Shown here: positions 34,554-48,715 of the stretch, piece after piece
Position numbering within the stretch: position 1 is the first letter of the stretch
Layout of the letters: every line of letters begins with the position of its first letter
Origin: Eledone cirrhosa
Taxonomy: Eukaryota
Assembly: GCA_964016885.1 (NCBI GenBank)
Contig: OZ024746.1
Span: 83,390,001-83,454,000 of the forward strand
DNA: 64,000 nucleotides
Direction: 5' to 3'
Translations under genes and position numbers: made by a program
Notes under the pieces: generated by a model
What the model was told of the DNA's origin: nothing
What the model saw: the letters and a program-made list of their open reading frames with translations, nothing else
Databases searched by the model: none

Positions 34554-34630
34554 TACAGGGTGTCCCAAAAAAATGTATGCATACTTCAACAACATTCTAA
34601 TGTGTGTATATTTTGGGGGAACATTCTGTA
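34554..34630. mobile_element. Tiny Tc1/mariner-type MITE (TA-CAGGGTGTCCC ends)
   Basis: tacagggtgtcccaaaa...ttttgggggaacattctgta. An inverted sister copy lies at 36088-36170. Confidence 0.7.
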
Positions 34631-36591
34631 TAACATCGTAAAAAGGCTCCCAGTCCACACTGTAAATGTGGTTGGTATTAGGAAGGGCATCCAGCTGTAG
34701 AAAACCTGCCAGATACAGCAGTCCTATACGAGCGAGATACGGTCACCTGCTCAATCTTGCTTCAAGCGGGACAATTCCCATCTAACCCATGCTAGCGTGG
34801 AAGATAGACGTTAAATGATGATGATGATGATGATATAAATATATATATATATCATCGCCATTTAACATCTACTTTTCCATGCATGGGTTAAATGGGTTGT
34901 CCTATTTGTGGCAAGTTGGGTCAGGTGACTATGTCTTGCTCACTCAGAACTGTTTCTGGCTTGGTTTCTACAGCTGGAGGCTTCACTACATCTATGGGAG
35001 GGTGGTGCATACTATACATATGCTTCAGCTTCAGCCTGTGCCCATGGAAAGGCAGGTCTTATGTATTATTGTATAACAGCAGATATCTTGGTCCTGTGTC
35101 AATTGAACAAGCTCAGCTTTTATCACCTCATCCCAAGTCTTCCTGAGTCTCCCCACTCCATGGCTTCTATCGACTTTGAACGTTCTGCACCTTTTTATAT
35201 ATACACATCAATCATTTGGTGTATTTGACATGTACATTTTTTGTTCACTGGCCTTTATGGTGAATTCGATGTCTTGGGTGTGGCATATTTGCAGGTGTCT
35301 AAAGTCCTCAATAGAACTAGATCAATCATAAACAGTAGGTGTGTGTTGCATTAAGCCTAATGGCTTGTGACTACACAAGTATAGCACCACCACCATCATC
35401 ATCAACAATTTATCAATCAAGTTCCTGCAACTGGTACAGCCAGTCATTGGAGTGCCACACTAGACTTTTGCCAGTGTGTCTATCATGGCATTTCATTGGG
35501 CCTTAGAAATGTTTGCTTGTCAGTGCCCATCTCCACTCCAACTATCCAGTCCCTCAATGAATTTAGCCTACTAGGATGTAGCTGAAAAATGTATCTGAGC
35601 CACATGTGAGGACCAGTGTTCTCGTCTATCCCTAAGGACACTACAGCCAGACATCAAGGTTTTCTCTCTACTCAAACTCTTGTTTTGAGATAATCTTTCT
35701 TTAACATCCAGTGTTGCAATAACATTTCTTCAAATCACTTCACTCTATTTTTAAAAGAACATTAGCTAAAGCTATGATTAGTATTGAAATAATATACATA
35801 TATGTGTGTGTGAATGTTTATGTATGTATATCATCATTATCATTGTTTAACATTCATTTTTCCTGGAGTTTAGAAGGATTGTCACAGATATAGTTGGTAC
35901 TTAATCTGAGCTACTAAATTCTAAGACAGGCCATGAAGTTCACTATGTGTTTATATACGTTCCAACATTCAACAGTGTGTGTGTATATATATATATAATT
36001 CTAACCATAAAAACAATTTAAATGACATTTATACTCTTGTTTACTATTTTGTGTGTATGTTTGTTTGTGTATATGTATATGTGTGTATACAGAGTGTCCC
36101 CAAAAATATATACACACTTTGATGAGAATGCTGTTGAAATGTGTATACATTTTGGTGGGACACCTTGTGTCTATGTAAATAGATGTATGTATGTATGTAT
36201 GTATGTATGTATATATATATATATATATATGTGTGTATATATAGACACGTGTGTATATATGCATGTATATATGTGTGTATACATGTATATATATACATGT
36301 ATATATGTGTGTGTATGTATATAGATATTATTTAATCAATAAAGATTTTCCTTGGTTTATTGCTAATTAAATAGTGGAGTATGCACCTACAGCTACTAAA
36401 TCTCCTAATGAATTATTGGATTTATTAAAAAGCAATTCTTTGTGTGTGTGCATACACATTCAATTATTAAGTAGGAATGAGTTAATTATAATTGTTTTTT
36501 TCCCTGGATTTGTTTTGAATTTTCAATACATAATTGAAAGAAAACACATCTTTGGTGTTTCCTTCACTACTTTCATTTTTTTTTTCTCTCG

Positions 36592-36674
<83 letters not shown>

Positions 36675-37010
36675 GTATGTCTGTGTGTGTGTGTCTTTTT
36701 CTTTCTTTGATGTCTTGCACCGACCTTTATTCTGAAAAAATTAGATAAATAGAATAACAATCTTAAAACTAAGTACAAAGACATTTCTGAAAAATTATAT
36801 TAAATTTAAATGTGCTCATTGCTTCTTAACTTTTTTTTTTTTTTACTTTATTGACACCCACCAGAGCACTTCAAACATTTTTGTCCTTCACAAGATGAAA
36901 ATGTTGGGTGGTAAAAATATATAATGTAAAATTTAAAAAAAATTGCCTGACTTTCTTTATCTATGGATTCCTCTATTTCTAGGGGAAGTATGTGTATGTG
37001 TATATATATA

Positions 37011-37190
37011 TCTTCTTTGCCCACTTATTCCTGAGAGGGTCCTGTCAGAAGCAACCATTTCCAACTGATCAGATTGGATCCCGAAGCATGACCAGCCAAG
37101 CTCATGGATGTTATCCATCTTGCTCGGGATCTACCCCTGAGTCTCCTGCCGGTTGGTTTTGCCCGTAAAATCTGTCCAGCGATTCTGATG
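37011..37190 (-). mobile_element. Expander/Rex3-like RTE LINE 3' fragment
   Basis: Reverse-complement homolog of 61795-62021. Confidence 0.75.
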
Positions 37191-38694
37191 AGGATATATA
37201 TATATGTGTGTGTGTTTGTGTGTCCAGTTTAGTGTAGGTACACTGTATCCCTCTGCATGTCGTGAAAAGGTTAGTGTTAGGAAGATCATTTATCTGTAAA
37301 ACATTACCTTAAAAAGACTCATCCAACCCATGCCAACGTGGAAAAGTGGATTTTAAAAAGGTTGTGGTGGCAGCGGTGCTGCTGCTGCAACATATGTTTT
37401 ATTTTATTAGTTTCAGTCATTGAATTGTGGCCATACTGGAGCACCAACTTCTGAGTGTAGTCAGTGAAATCAGCTACACCTTAATAATTATTTTATTGAC
37501 CTTGGAAAGATGAAAGACAAAGTGAAATTTGAACCCAAAACATGTAGGAATATTAAATTATCATTTTCGTTATAGTCTTCCCATTACAATTATGGCAACC
37601 TTATAGATTGGTGTGTGTTTAATTGCACAACTGTATTTTAGCATGATTTCAAAAGAGTAATTATACAATCATTATCAGTCTCCTTTCAGCATTGAATTGT
37701 GAGGGAGAAGAGCTAAGCGTGATATGGTTGATGTGAATGGCAGTATGAGATGAGTTACTTAGGGAGAGAGAAGTGTTCGATGTGATAGGTGGTGGAAGAC
37801 AAGAAGGCTTGGTAGTGTAGTGTGTGTGTGTGAGGTAATCAGTGTTGGGCACACAGTTATAAAGGAAAATTAGATAGTAATATTGGGCTGGTTGAAAAAA
37901 AATTTAACAAATTAATACTAATGATGCAATACTGTCAAAACTTCACTATATCATATCATTCATCAGCAGGCATTGTGTTATAAAGTTATTAAATTTGAAT
38001 GTCATATCATCTGGCACTGTATAAAATCAGCATCAGTTTCAAAGATTTTTCTCTGAATTCATCATCATATCTGTATCCATTTTCCATGATTGCATTGGTT
38101 AGATGAGTTAAATGAGTCCTCTCTACTGCAGCATCTCTCCACTTGTTTCTTTCCTTTGTGGGGTTGTAGTTTCTTGACGGCAATCTTCACCATCTTGGTC
38201 TTCCTCTTCTGCAGCTACCTTCCTTCTATTTGAAGCTCCTGGCCCTTCACCATCCATACACATTACTTGTCTATACTAGTGCAGTCTTCTATTCTGCATG
38301 CAACATCTGGTACCTCTTATGCTCAGTTTTTTTTCTCTCAGTTCATCAATACTTCATCGTACATGAACAGTAAACATTACACATCCAACAGAGCAATACA
38401 GAATTTATAGTGGTGTATCATTTCATGTTAAGGTGAAGTAAAGGAAAGTTCTAAAATGTTCCCTTAGGTTTAATAATGATTTCTGATTTAGGCTTAAGGT
38501 CAACAATTTAAGGGAAGGTATTAGTCAACCCAAGGCTATAACAGAAGACACTTGCTCAGGGAGCCACACTGGCTAGAAAAAACTTACTAGCATTAATATG
38601 TGTATACTTTTTACTTGACAATGATTTGAAACTGGATTTTAAACAAAGAAATTAGTTTTGATGAGGATTTTTATGAGCGAAGAAAAATAGTGAC

Positions 38695-39085
38695 CATCAT
38701 CATCATCATCATCGTTTAACGTCCATCTTCCACACTAGCATGGGTTTCGACGGGAATTTTCCTACTTGAGGAATTTATCAAGTTGTCCCAGGTTTTTCTG
38801 GGTCTGCCTACTCCGTCGCTACCGTCTATTTTTATTGCCCTGCACTTTTTTATACAGCTGTCATCTTTCATGTGCATCATGTGACCGTACCAACGTAGTC
38901 TTCTCTCGAGTAAACAGCATCTGATCCCTCTTATTCCTAATTTCTCACTTAGTTCATTTATGCTTTGCCGTTCACGTATATTACTATTACACATCCAACG
39001 GAGCATGCAAGCTTCGTTCCTCTCCAGTCTGCGCAGATCCTCTGCACACAATGCCCAAGTCTCACTGCTATGTAACATTGCTGTT
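38695..39085 (-). mobile_element. RTE-clade LINE 3' fragment with deleted 3' UTR
   Basis: Minus ORF MLHSSETW...LERNEACMLRWMC...RRLRWYGHMM...GRPRKTW, with (TGA)n tail. Confidence 0.92.
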
Positions 39086-39414
39086 CATATGCAGGCAACA
39101 TTTAATAATCATTTAGTGTTGTTGTTGTTGTTTAACCTCCCCTCTCCTCTCTCACAGTTCAACCCTGATTTAACAAAACTATAAATAAAAGCATTCCAGC
39201 TTTAACTATCCTATATTTTTTTTTTCTCCTGGATTACATTATCTAGTGTCTTTTAACCAATGTAGTGTTATTTGATGGACATTTGACTACTATTTTTATC
39301 AGGTTGAGCACTTAGAGGAAAGAGTTTACTTATTCCTAGTTAGTTGTGTAATTCAGTATGATACAAGCTCCTCCTATGCAAGAGATTTGTAACCTTGTGC
39401 CTACGTTATAAAAT

Positions 39415-39642
39415 TATTGGTTGTACTTCCAGAGTCATTTTTACAATAAAAATACACATATGCTTTGTTGAAGTTAATTTCTTCATTATTAGTTAATTAG
39501 TTGATTATCAATTCAATAATTTAATAATTCAAAGCCAATTAATAATTTATTAACGATAAAGAAGTGAACTACAACCAGCATACATGTTTTTACTTTTTTA
39601 TTTAATGTTTAGCATAGTGACCTTTCTAAAGTGCAACTAATA
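39415..39642. mobile_element. Palindromic Tc1/mariner-type MITE
   Basis: tattggttgtactt...aagtgcaactaata with an internal inverted repeat and TA at both ends. Confidence 0.6.
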
Positions 39643-40189
39643 CAAAAATGAAATAGAAGTTAGAGCGTCAGATTAAAGTTTCAACTCTTTACATTCTCAG
39701 TTCAACTCTTTCCATAGTCAGTCAACTTTGCCTTTCATTATTCTACGGTGGAAAAAAATAAAGCACTAGTTAAAAAAAACGGGATGGGAGGAGTAATAGA
39801 CTAATTTTCCAAATTTCTAGCTTTCTAAATAAAAGCATGATAGATTGTGAGTGGGTTTTTTTTACTGGATATCTGTCATTGTTGTTAGTAATCATGGAGT
39901 ATATAAATAAATATTTGTCAATATGTATTTTTAGTTATTAGCTCAATGCCAAATAAGCATTTAAAACAAATGTAAGATAAGGCATATCTGGACATAACTA
40001 TACATACACACCCACATTATCATAATCTAGTTAACATTTAATGAAAGACTCAATATCTAAAGTCCTATAAATCTAGGTGCAGGCATGGCTGTGTGGTGAA
40101 GAAGTTTTCTTTACAACCAAATGGTTTCAGGTTTTGTCCCACTGTACAGTACCTTTGGTGGATGAAAACTGTAAGGAAGTTCATTGTGT

Positions 40190-40192
40190 ATA

Positions 40193-40248
<56 letters not shown>

Positions 40249-40541
40249 ATGTATGTATCTGTGTGTGTATATATATGTGTGTGTGTATGTATGTATCTGT
40301 ATATATATATGTGTGTGTATGTGTGTATATATATGTGTGTGTATATATATATATATGTGTGTGTGTATGTATGTATGTGTGTATATATATGTGTGTGTGT
40401 GTATGTATGTATCTGTGTGTATATATATGTGTGTGTGTGTATGTATGTATCTGTGTATATATATGTGTATGTATGTATGTGTGTATATATATGTATGTGT
40501 GTATATATATGTGTGTGTGCGTATGTATGTATCTGTGTGTG

Positions 40542-40584
<43 letters not shown>

Positions 40585-40668
40585 CTGTGTGTATATATAT
40601 ATATGTGTGTGTGTATGTATGTATCTGTGTATATATATATGTGTATATATATATGTGTGTGTGTGTGT
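40190..40668. repeat. Compound (TG)n/(TA)n microsatellite
   Basis: Directly visible. Confidence 0.97.
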
Positions 40669-41196
40669 CAGTTTACAACATGTGCCTTCATATTGACATT
40701 TAAAGCAACTGGTAAAATGTGTTTATGTTCAACATAAACAATACATCCCCCAGCATAACAGTCAACAAATATTACTGGTATATAGAATACTTATAAAATA
40801 ACATATAGGTTGGTATGAGGAAGGGTATCCAACTCTAGAAAAACCCCTTAACGTCCCATCCACCGAATGATTGAAACTACCAAAATGGAAAAATTTTACT
40901 CATTTATAATTTAAGGATAAAATATTTTTCCTAAAGATAACTCCTCTTGTAGTCTCTATATACATAGGGGTTGTAATGAGGGAGCACTCGATGCGTAGTT
41001 TCCAGTAGGTATATTGGTATTGTGCTAAGCAGAGTGTAATGTTAATAATAATAAAAATGACGAAGTGTTAGATCTGCATTACGTTTATTGAGGTGTGACA
41101 CGCATTTCGCAATTGATCAGCTCAAGGTTCGATCTGTATCGATCCAGCTTGACTCTGGAATTGTCGGACTTCTGTTATGGTAATGACAAACCCATT

Positions 41197-41269
<73 letters not shown>

Positions 41270-41275
<6 letters not shown>

Positions 41276-41460
41276 GGTTGAATGAAAAGTTCATAAGCTG
41301 ACCAAGATATTCTCATGGAATAACCAAATGAGGTTTATATTTTGGAAAGTAACAATGCAGTTATTAATAAGAAGAGTTGAAATTTAATGCATGCAAGATT
41401 TCACAGCTCTGGCATCACTCCTTCATAGTCAACCCGTGAACTTTACAGTTGACCCTCGTA
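41270..41460. mobile_element. Mariner-derived MITE
   Basis: TIR gggttgaatgaaaagttca / tgaactttacagttgaccctcgta. A sister copy lies at 59098-59294. Confidence 0.78.
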
Positions 41461-42485
41461 TAATTACCATTTCCATTTTACGTTTGTTTAGCATGTGTTG
41501 GATGGGTCTTTTCCAGCATCTTTCCATTCATCACGGTCCCATGTCAACTCGACTGAGATTCAGTGATTTGAGATAAGCTTTCACCACCTCTTTCCAGCTC
41601 TTCCTTTACCTACTTTCTACTGGAATTTCTTGGTACTTCTTCACCTAACAATCATCATCCATAGTCATCATATGACCATTCCAGTGCAGTCTTCTCTCCT
41701 GCCTACTAATCCATATCATTGTTTTATTTAACTACTCTTTTCACCAGAAGAAAAGTTTTATTAACAATGTTGTTGTTTATGGTCAGTGTTTACCATATTG
41801 TGATATTATTATAGTTTGAACAATTGCTTATTTGAAAATAAATGGACCTATCAATCAAAAAGGAACAATTGCTTTGACACTCCCTCTCAACCTTCTTCTA
41901 TATCCAATGAATGCTGTTGCTGCTGCTTCCGCCATAATCAAGATCATATGTAATCATATGAAACTATGAAAAAAAACATGTCAGTCAGTCTTATCTTAAT
42001 TGTTACCTTAACCAATGTTAAAGCTAGCAAATTGAGGAGTCATTCAGGTTTTGATACTTTGGAGAGAAACTTTCCAGGTGCAGACCCATTGTCTCGTGAG
42101 ACATGTGGCGGCCCTCATATATAACTAATATGTCTCTATCTCACTGATCTGTCTTATTGTTGCTAAATTTGTTTTGTGTGCTAAAACTGCTTGAATACAA
42201 TACATTTTGATAATCTCACCAGTGACTGTTAAATTGAATACAAGACCCATCCCACTAGAGTACTAAGGACCTATACCGAAAGTTCTCACACACACTTCTC
42301 CAGAAAAAATGCTAACCAATGACGTCACCGTTGCAAGCATAACATGTCAAGTTGTCATTATTGGTAATCAATCCTGCAACAGCTTTTTGAAACATTATTA
42401 CTTCCAGTCTAGTGTGCTACTCTCTAAATTTAGACACAAAATTAATTTGCTGATCCTTTCACGCACCCAAAATCACACACAAACG

Positions 42486-42583
<98 letters not shown>

Positions 42584-44900
42584 CAAAATGAACCCAGTCA
42601 ACCATGACATGTGAATTGTACTTGATTTTCAGTTGGATAGGCTAATACAAACTAGTTTGAATTGCTTGAAGCAACACTAGCAATACATGCATTGACCAAT
42701 GTTCATTTGTATTTATTTTATACTTCACTATAGTTATTCAGTTCTTAAAGCACACTATGACACTTAGAAAATATATACATGCAACCCTAGAGACTCCACA
42801 TAGTCATACAAAGAATTGATAAACCTCCATTAGTTTTGAAAATGAATTTTTTAGTTTGATCATTGGGCCAGCCTTGGGCATTCCACAGATACATGTACCT
42901 TTAGCCTAATTCACAGGGATATTCAGCTTGACAGCGTGTGATAAAGCTAACCCCTTCAATTACAGGTAGAGTCCATCTGATGGGCTTCCAAACAGTTTAC
43001 GTCTTCCCACTTTCACTCACAAGACATAGATTAACCTATGACATTTGCCCAACATATACTGTTGGATTGAACTGGAAACCTAATGATTATGAAGCAAACC
43101 TCTTTACCCTTCAGTCATGATGTGTTCTCTATGATAAAAGTGCAAGTGAGGCTGTGTGGGTTACAAGTTTGTTTTGCATCCACAAGCTTCTGAGTTTGAT
43201 CCTACTTTGCAACACATCAACCATAGCCTGAATGGAAATTGTAGAGAATTTTGTCATGTGTATTTGTGTACACATGTCTAAAAACCAGTGTTGTTTATGT
43301 TCTGCCCCTCTATTTTTCATAATATAGCAGTTAAACAAATAGTTCAATAAAATGAGAACCAGACTGGAATAAATACTGAGTTCAATATGATCTACTAAAA
43401 CACTTGGAAGCAGTGGCCCAGATACTTTTAGTCTAATGACTGAAACAAGTAAAAGATTAAAATAATACAGTTTACTATATATTTGTTGAAGGATGTAACA
43501 AAGTATTTTATAAAGAAGAGAATGAAAGAACTGTGAGATTGAGAAAGAAGGAAGAAATTACGCTCTTATTAAATTGAGCAATCATAGTTGGTTTTCAATG
43601 ATTAGAAAATAGCTTATAAAGTACTATGGTTGTAATGTGTATGTATTGAACTAGTGAATACATACATAATCGTTAAGTTCAATTCTTACTACAGCCATTG
43701 TATTGTACTCCTGAGCAATATAATTATGCTGGTTTCATCAATTTTTTTCTTCTAACAGACAAGAGCAGTTCCATTCCTACTTCAAAGCCGGGTGGTAGAC
43801 AGGGTATCAAGCTGTTAACTCTAGTCATCTAATGAAATAAAAACCCATCCAATTTAGGCAAGCATAGAAAAAAATGCATATAAAACAGAATGTAAAATAT
43901 GATATCAGAAATTGTGTGTGTGTGTATATATATCATGGCTTTCCTGTGATTTCCTTCGAATGAAACAGTACTAGTCCTGTAGAAGCCATTTCTATATTGA
44001 ATATTGTATATACTCTACTATGTTTTGAGTACCTTACTTATTGTGGCTACCCCCGATTGAACCCGGGATATACATACACACACACATTATATATAAGTAT
44101 AATCAATATGAAGCCCTGTGAGATATGTAATAAAAGAGCGATAAGTTTGAAAAGAGGGTAATAGCCTTGAAATATATTGGGTAAAAACATTACTTTGTTT
44201 TGTTTTATTTGTCTTCCTATATCCTTTATATATTTCTACCGCATATGGATTCTTTGCCCAATGGCTAAGCTTATTCTGTTTTGATAGCAAATGAGAAGTT
44301 TCTCATTTGCTATTGAAACAGTATAAGCTTAGCTGTCAGGCAAAGAATCCCTGAGGTAATAATAATCATAATATTATATACATACAACACTAATTGTTAT
44401 TGTTATATTTCAGCATTTCTTCCCACAAAAGAAAAACAATCTTACTCAACAGATATTCTGTTATAAAATTGAATTGATTTCATTGATAGTCTAATTTCTT
44501 AATATTGTATTTCAATTTCATTTAAGTAGAAATTGATCTGGATTTTTGGATTATATAAGGCAAGACGTAAAAACTCTCTGAAAAATATCCTATCTTACTT
44601 ACAATCCAGGAAATATTACTACTCAAAAACTCTCTCTCTCTCTCGTCTGTGTATATATATATATATATACAAAACATTTTTTTTTTTTTCAATTTCTTAA
44701 TTTGTTAGTAGTAATGGGATGAATAAGCATGAACAGTAAGTTCGGGTGGCCACCAATTAGGATATAGCAAATATAGCTGTAGGCATCAAGACACAAACAC
44801 ACATTTATGACTCTTGCTTTCAGAGATGCATTGAACAATGTTATTGTTCACCAATTTCAATAAAATAAAAAGTAAATATAAATAAATATGATAGCTATAT

Positions 44901-44938
<38 letters not shown>

Positions 44939-45340
44939 CTTTTTATTGAAATTGGTGAACATTGTTCAATGCATTGGTAAACACATACGTACATATATAT
45001 ATGTGTGCATGTATGTATGTATTGCAATCTATTGAATTTGTAAGTGGAGACAAGAGAGTTGTTAGCTGTGTCAATTAACTTAGTACATTGGATGTAATGA
45101 TACCATCAGTTACTCTACCTTCTACCTGAGCTTCTATGCAAGCGTGGAAGATGGACGTTAAATGATGATGATGATGATGATACTACTGTACGTCTGTATA
45201 CATACTTATATTTAAGTATCAGCCATACTAAGGGTGAGAAATGAAATTTCATTTTTTCCATTTATCGTTTTCGATACGCCCAGCCGACTAACTCCCTCGA
45301 TATGCATAAGGAAAGTATATATACTTCAAACATTCAATCA

Positions 45341-45411
45341 ACTGACAGGAAGGTATACAGTGCTGATGACAGCTAATAAGCTAGAAACTAGTTCATCGTT
45401 CCTTTGTCAGT
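45341..45411 (+). ncRNA. Minimal type I hammerhead-ribozyme-like motif (Penelope-LTR-like context)
   Basis: CTGATGA (45363), stem II agct-aata-agct, then GAAAC-ta-GTT. Stem I pairs actgaca..ggaa with ttcc..tgtcagt. The C10.1-A11.1 mismatch and GUU site suggest decay. Confidence 0.55.
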
Positions 45412-45647
45412 GTTGAACAAATAGGGCAGCGATGGTTGCCGAACACTGTTCAGCTAATGATTCGAGCTGTTTGTTTACTAACAAACCGAGCATTATAATA
45501 AATGTTCGGTAAACCCATACATACATATATATATGTGTTTGCATGTATGTATATACATACTACTGTATGTCTGTATACATACTTACATTTAAGTATCAAC
45601 TGTACTAAGAGTGAGAAATGAAATTTCATTTTTTCCATTTATATATA

Positions 45648-46310
45648 TCATCATCATCATCATCGTTTAACGTCCGTGTTCCACGCTTGCATGGGTTTGG
45701 ACGGGGGTTTTCCCACTTGAGGCAAGAGTGATTGTCTTGCTCGCATAGGACTGCCTGGCGGGTTTTCTACAGCTGGATGCCCTTCCTAACACCAACCACA
45801 TTTACAGTGTGGGGCTGGGATGTTTTTACCGTGTTGCCTACACGGCCACATTACAGCGTGGACTGTCTGGCGGGTTTTCTACAGCTGGATGCCCTTCCTA
45901 ACACCAACCACATTTACAGTGTGGGGCTGGGAGGTTTTTACTGTGTTGCCTACACGGCCACATTACAGCATGGACTGTCTGGCGGGTTTTCTACAGCTGG
46001 ATGCCCTTCCTAACACCAACCACATTTACAGTGTGGGGGCTGGCAGGTTTTTACCGTGTTGCCTACACGGCCACATTACAGCGTGGACTGTGTGTTTTTT
46101 TGTCGTGACACCTACACGATCTCATTTGTTTCGGCCTGGATTTTGTGGCACCAACATAACTTTACATTGAAAGGGGCAGTGTGGATGGGGTGGGGGTGGT
46201 GGGACGGGGGTGTATTTTGTTAGAGATGCCTACTGACTGTAGTAGGTTTTACTTTGTATTTAGGTAAGGCGGGTCTTCTCTATTATTGAGTACCGCCAAA
46301 GGTCTCGGTT
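45648..46310 (-). mobile_element. RTE LINE 3' UTR fragment containing three tandem 112-bp units (45748-46085)
   Basis: Homologous to 60835-61230, which has a single unit. Units start at 45748, 45860 and 45972. Confidence 0.88.
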
Positions 46311-47910
46311 TCGTTTCTGAATTTGTTTAGCAAGATTCTTTATCTGAAAACGTATTGTTATGCTTTATATGAAAGCATAACAATATATATATGCACACAT
46401 GTATATACATACATATGTATAATATAAATGTGTATCACTTTATATAAGCAAAATGTAAACTAAACCACAATGGGATTGTTTAAATTAATCTTTAGTTACC
46501 AGACATTACTTTGCAATTAGTGTGTTTGTATTAATGTGTATATGTTTGTATTAGTGTGTATGTGTGTTTGTATTAGTGTGTCTGTGTATGTGTGTTTAGT
46601 TTCATGGTTTGTGATGGAAGTATTGCTGCTACCAGTAGTTACCTAAAGTGGTAAATATATTGAAATAGAATAATCTATAAATGCCTCGTTTATGAAAATA
46701 TTTGCACTTGGCAAGGATTGGAAAATAAGGGAGGTTGGGTCTCAGTTGTATGTGGTGGGGGAGTGAAAGCAGTGAATACAACTGAAGTATCATATCATAT
46801 CAAGCTCAGGTAGAAGGTAGAGTAACTGATGGTATCATTACATCCAATGTACTAAGTTAATTGACACAGCTAACAACTCTCTTGTCTCCACTTACAAATT
46901 CAATAGATTGCAATAATGGTTCACTTGAATTTGTTAACCCTTTCATTAAACATCATCATCATTTAACATCTATTTTCCATGTTTGCATGGTTCGATGACT
47001 TGTTACATACTAAGGTAGGCTAGTCAGGTGACTACATCTTGCTGATGCATTTTGGCTTGGTTTCTATAGCTAGATGCCCTTCCTAATGACAACCACCTGT
47101 ACTGAAAGCATTTTATCTTGACTCTGGCACTACCACTTTACACCTTACAAGTGAACTGGATGCTTTTTTGCGATGGTACCAGAACTATGACTTTACAAGG
47201 TGGACTGGGTGCTTTTTACTGTGGCACCAGCACCACCACCTTACAGGTGGACTGGGTGCTTTTTACCGTGGCACCAGCGCTATGACTTTATAAGGTGGAT
47301 GCCTAATTTCCTTAAATTTGTATCTATGCATCCTGCCTTATGATGAGCTACATCCTATGTGGCCCCCTGCTCGAGAAAGATTGTCCAAGCCTGGTTTAGA
47401 AGCCCCCTTTGTTTACTTGTTAGTACTTTGGTATTTGTAGTGGAGAGATGAAATCACACCTCTTTTAACAAATAACTTCTCCCCCACACACACCTTCCCC
47501 AATTTTCTTTTATGAAATAGCTTCAGATTTTTGTTTATTTAACAATATATATTCTATTGATCTCTCATAAGACATTCACCTTACTATATCGATACATAAA
47601 TTGTTCACTCTTTGATGACTTTGTTATCAGTATAGTCTCTCTCTCTCTCTCTATTCCAACTGCAGTTTATCATAGTACTCTGGGTGATTGGATATGAACA
47701 AACATGTTTTGGATTATTTCCAAAAATATCATATTATTCATTGCACACTACATCTCAGTCATGATAATTCTTCCTCTTTTCTTCCTTCGTTTTTTTTCCC
47801 AACCATGCACCCACATCCTAACTTTTTGATTGGTTTTAGTTCAATCCTCTGTCTTTTTGTCTCTTTCTACCTTTTTTTTTTTGCATCTTCATAGAGGTGT
47901 TTGATTGTTC

Positions 47911-47968
<58 letters not shown>

Positions 47969-48521
47969 ATCTCACCTTATTTATTCCCTTTCAATGCTAC
48001 CTCAACCATTGTTTTGTTGTTTGTGCTGTTGTTGTATGTACTGTTTCTCATAACATTTACATTTCCTTAAACATATGTGCTAAGTGGCATTTTCCTGACT
48101 GCTTCGTCTTGCTCTCTGTTTGCGTGAGTGAGCAATCAGAGTTAAGGTGGGTGTTACAATATTCATTCTGTGTAACTCCTCAGAGACAGGCTCAAAAAGA
48201 TATAAAAATATTATCTCTTTTATCATTCTTTTCAAGATAAATGTCTGTCTGAAACTGTGCACACTTCACTACACCAATTATGAAGTGAATGTTTTCCATC
48301 AAAACAGGAGAAATTGCTGGTGCTAGTGATGGTTGACATCATTTTCATTGAATGCTGTTGTAGGTAATGTTGTTGTTGCCACTGCTGTTTGTATGACAAG
48401 GCGTAATATATGCTGTGTAATTCAGTTACGTAATACATGTTGCAAACTTTCTGGAACTTTCTTCTAGATTAGCTTTACATCCATTTCTCAAAGCTGACAA
48501 AGGTGGGATGGAATGTTTTCA

Positions 48522-48715
48522 GGCATTTAAACCAGCTGTATCCAGCCAAAATTTTCTCACCTCTTTCTGTTCAAACTGGCCGCTCATACTGATGTTCTCA
48601 AAATAAATATCATCGAAATCTCGTAGATTCAATATTATGTGAGATAATTATGTAAGATAAAGCCTTTACAAAAATTCATAGTATATATAGAGTAATGTAA
48701 ATGCTAAAGGGTTAA
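48522..48715 (+). mobile_element. piggyBac-type MITE
   Basis: Family match ending atgctaaaggg-ttaa. Confidence 0.8.

Noticed and set aside
35200-35230. YTHQSFG peptide resembling HAT1 YTHQLFG
   Set aside because: There is no acceptor and no flanking similarity, and it sits at the edge of a LINE fragment. Treated as chance.
45748-46085. Regularly spaced repeats as a CRISPR-like array
   Set aside because: These are whole-unit tandem duplications with no unique spacers, in eukaryotic LINE UTR sequence.
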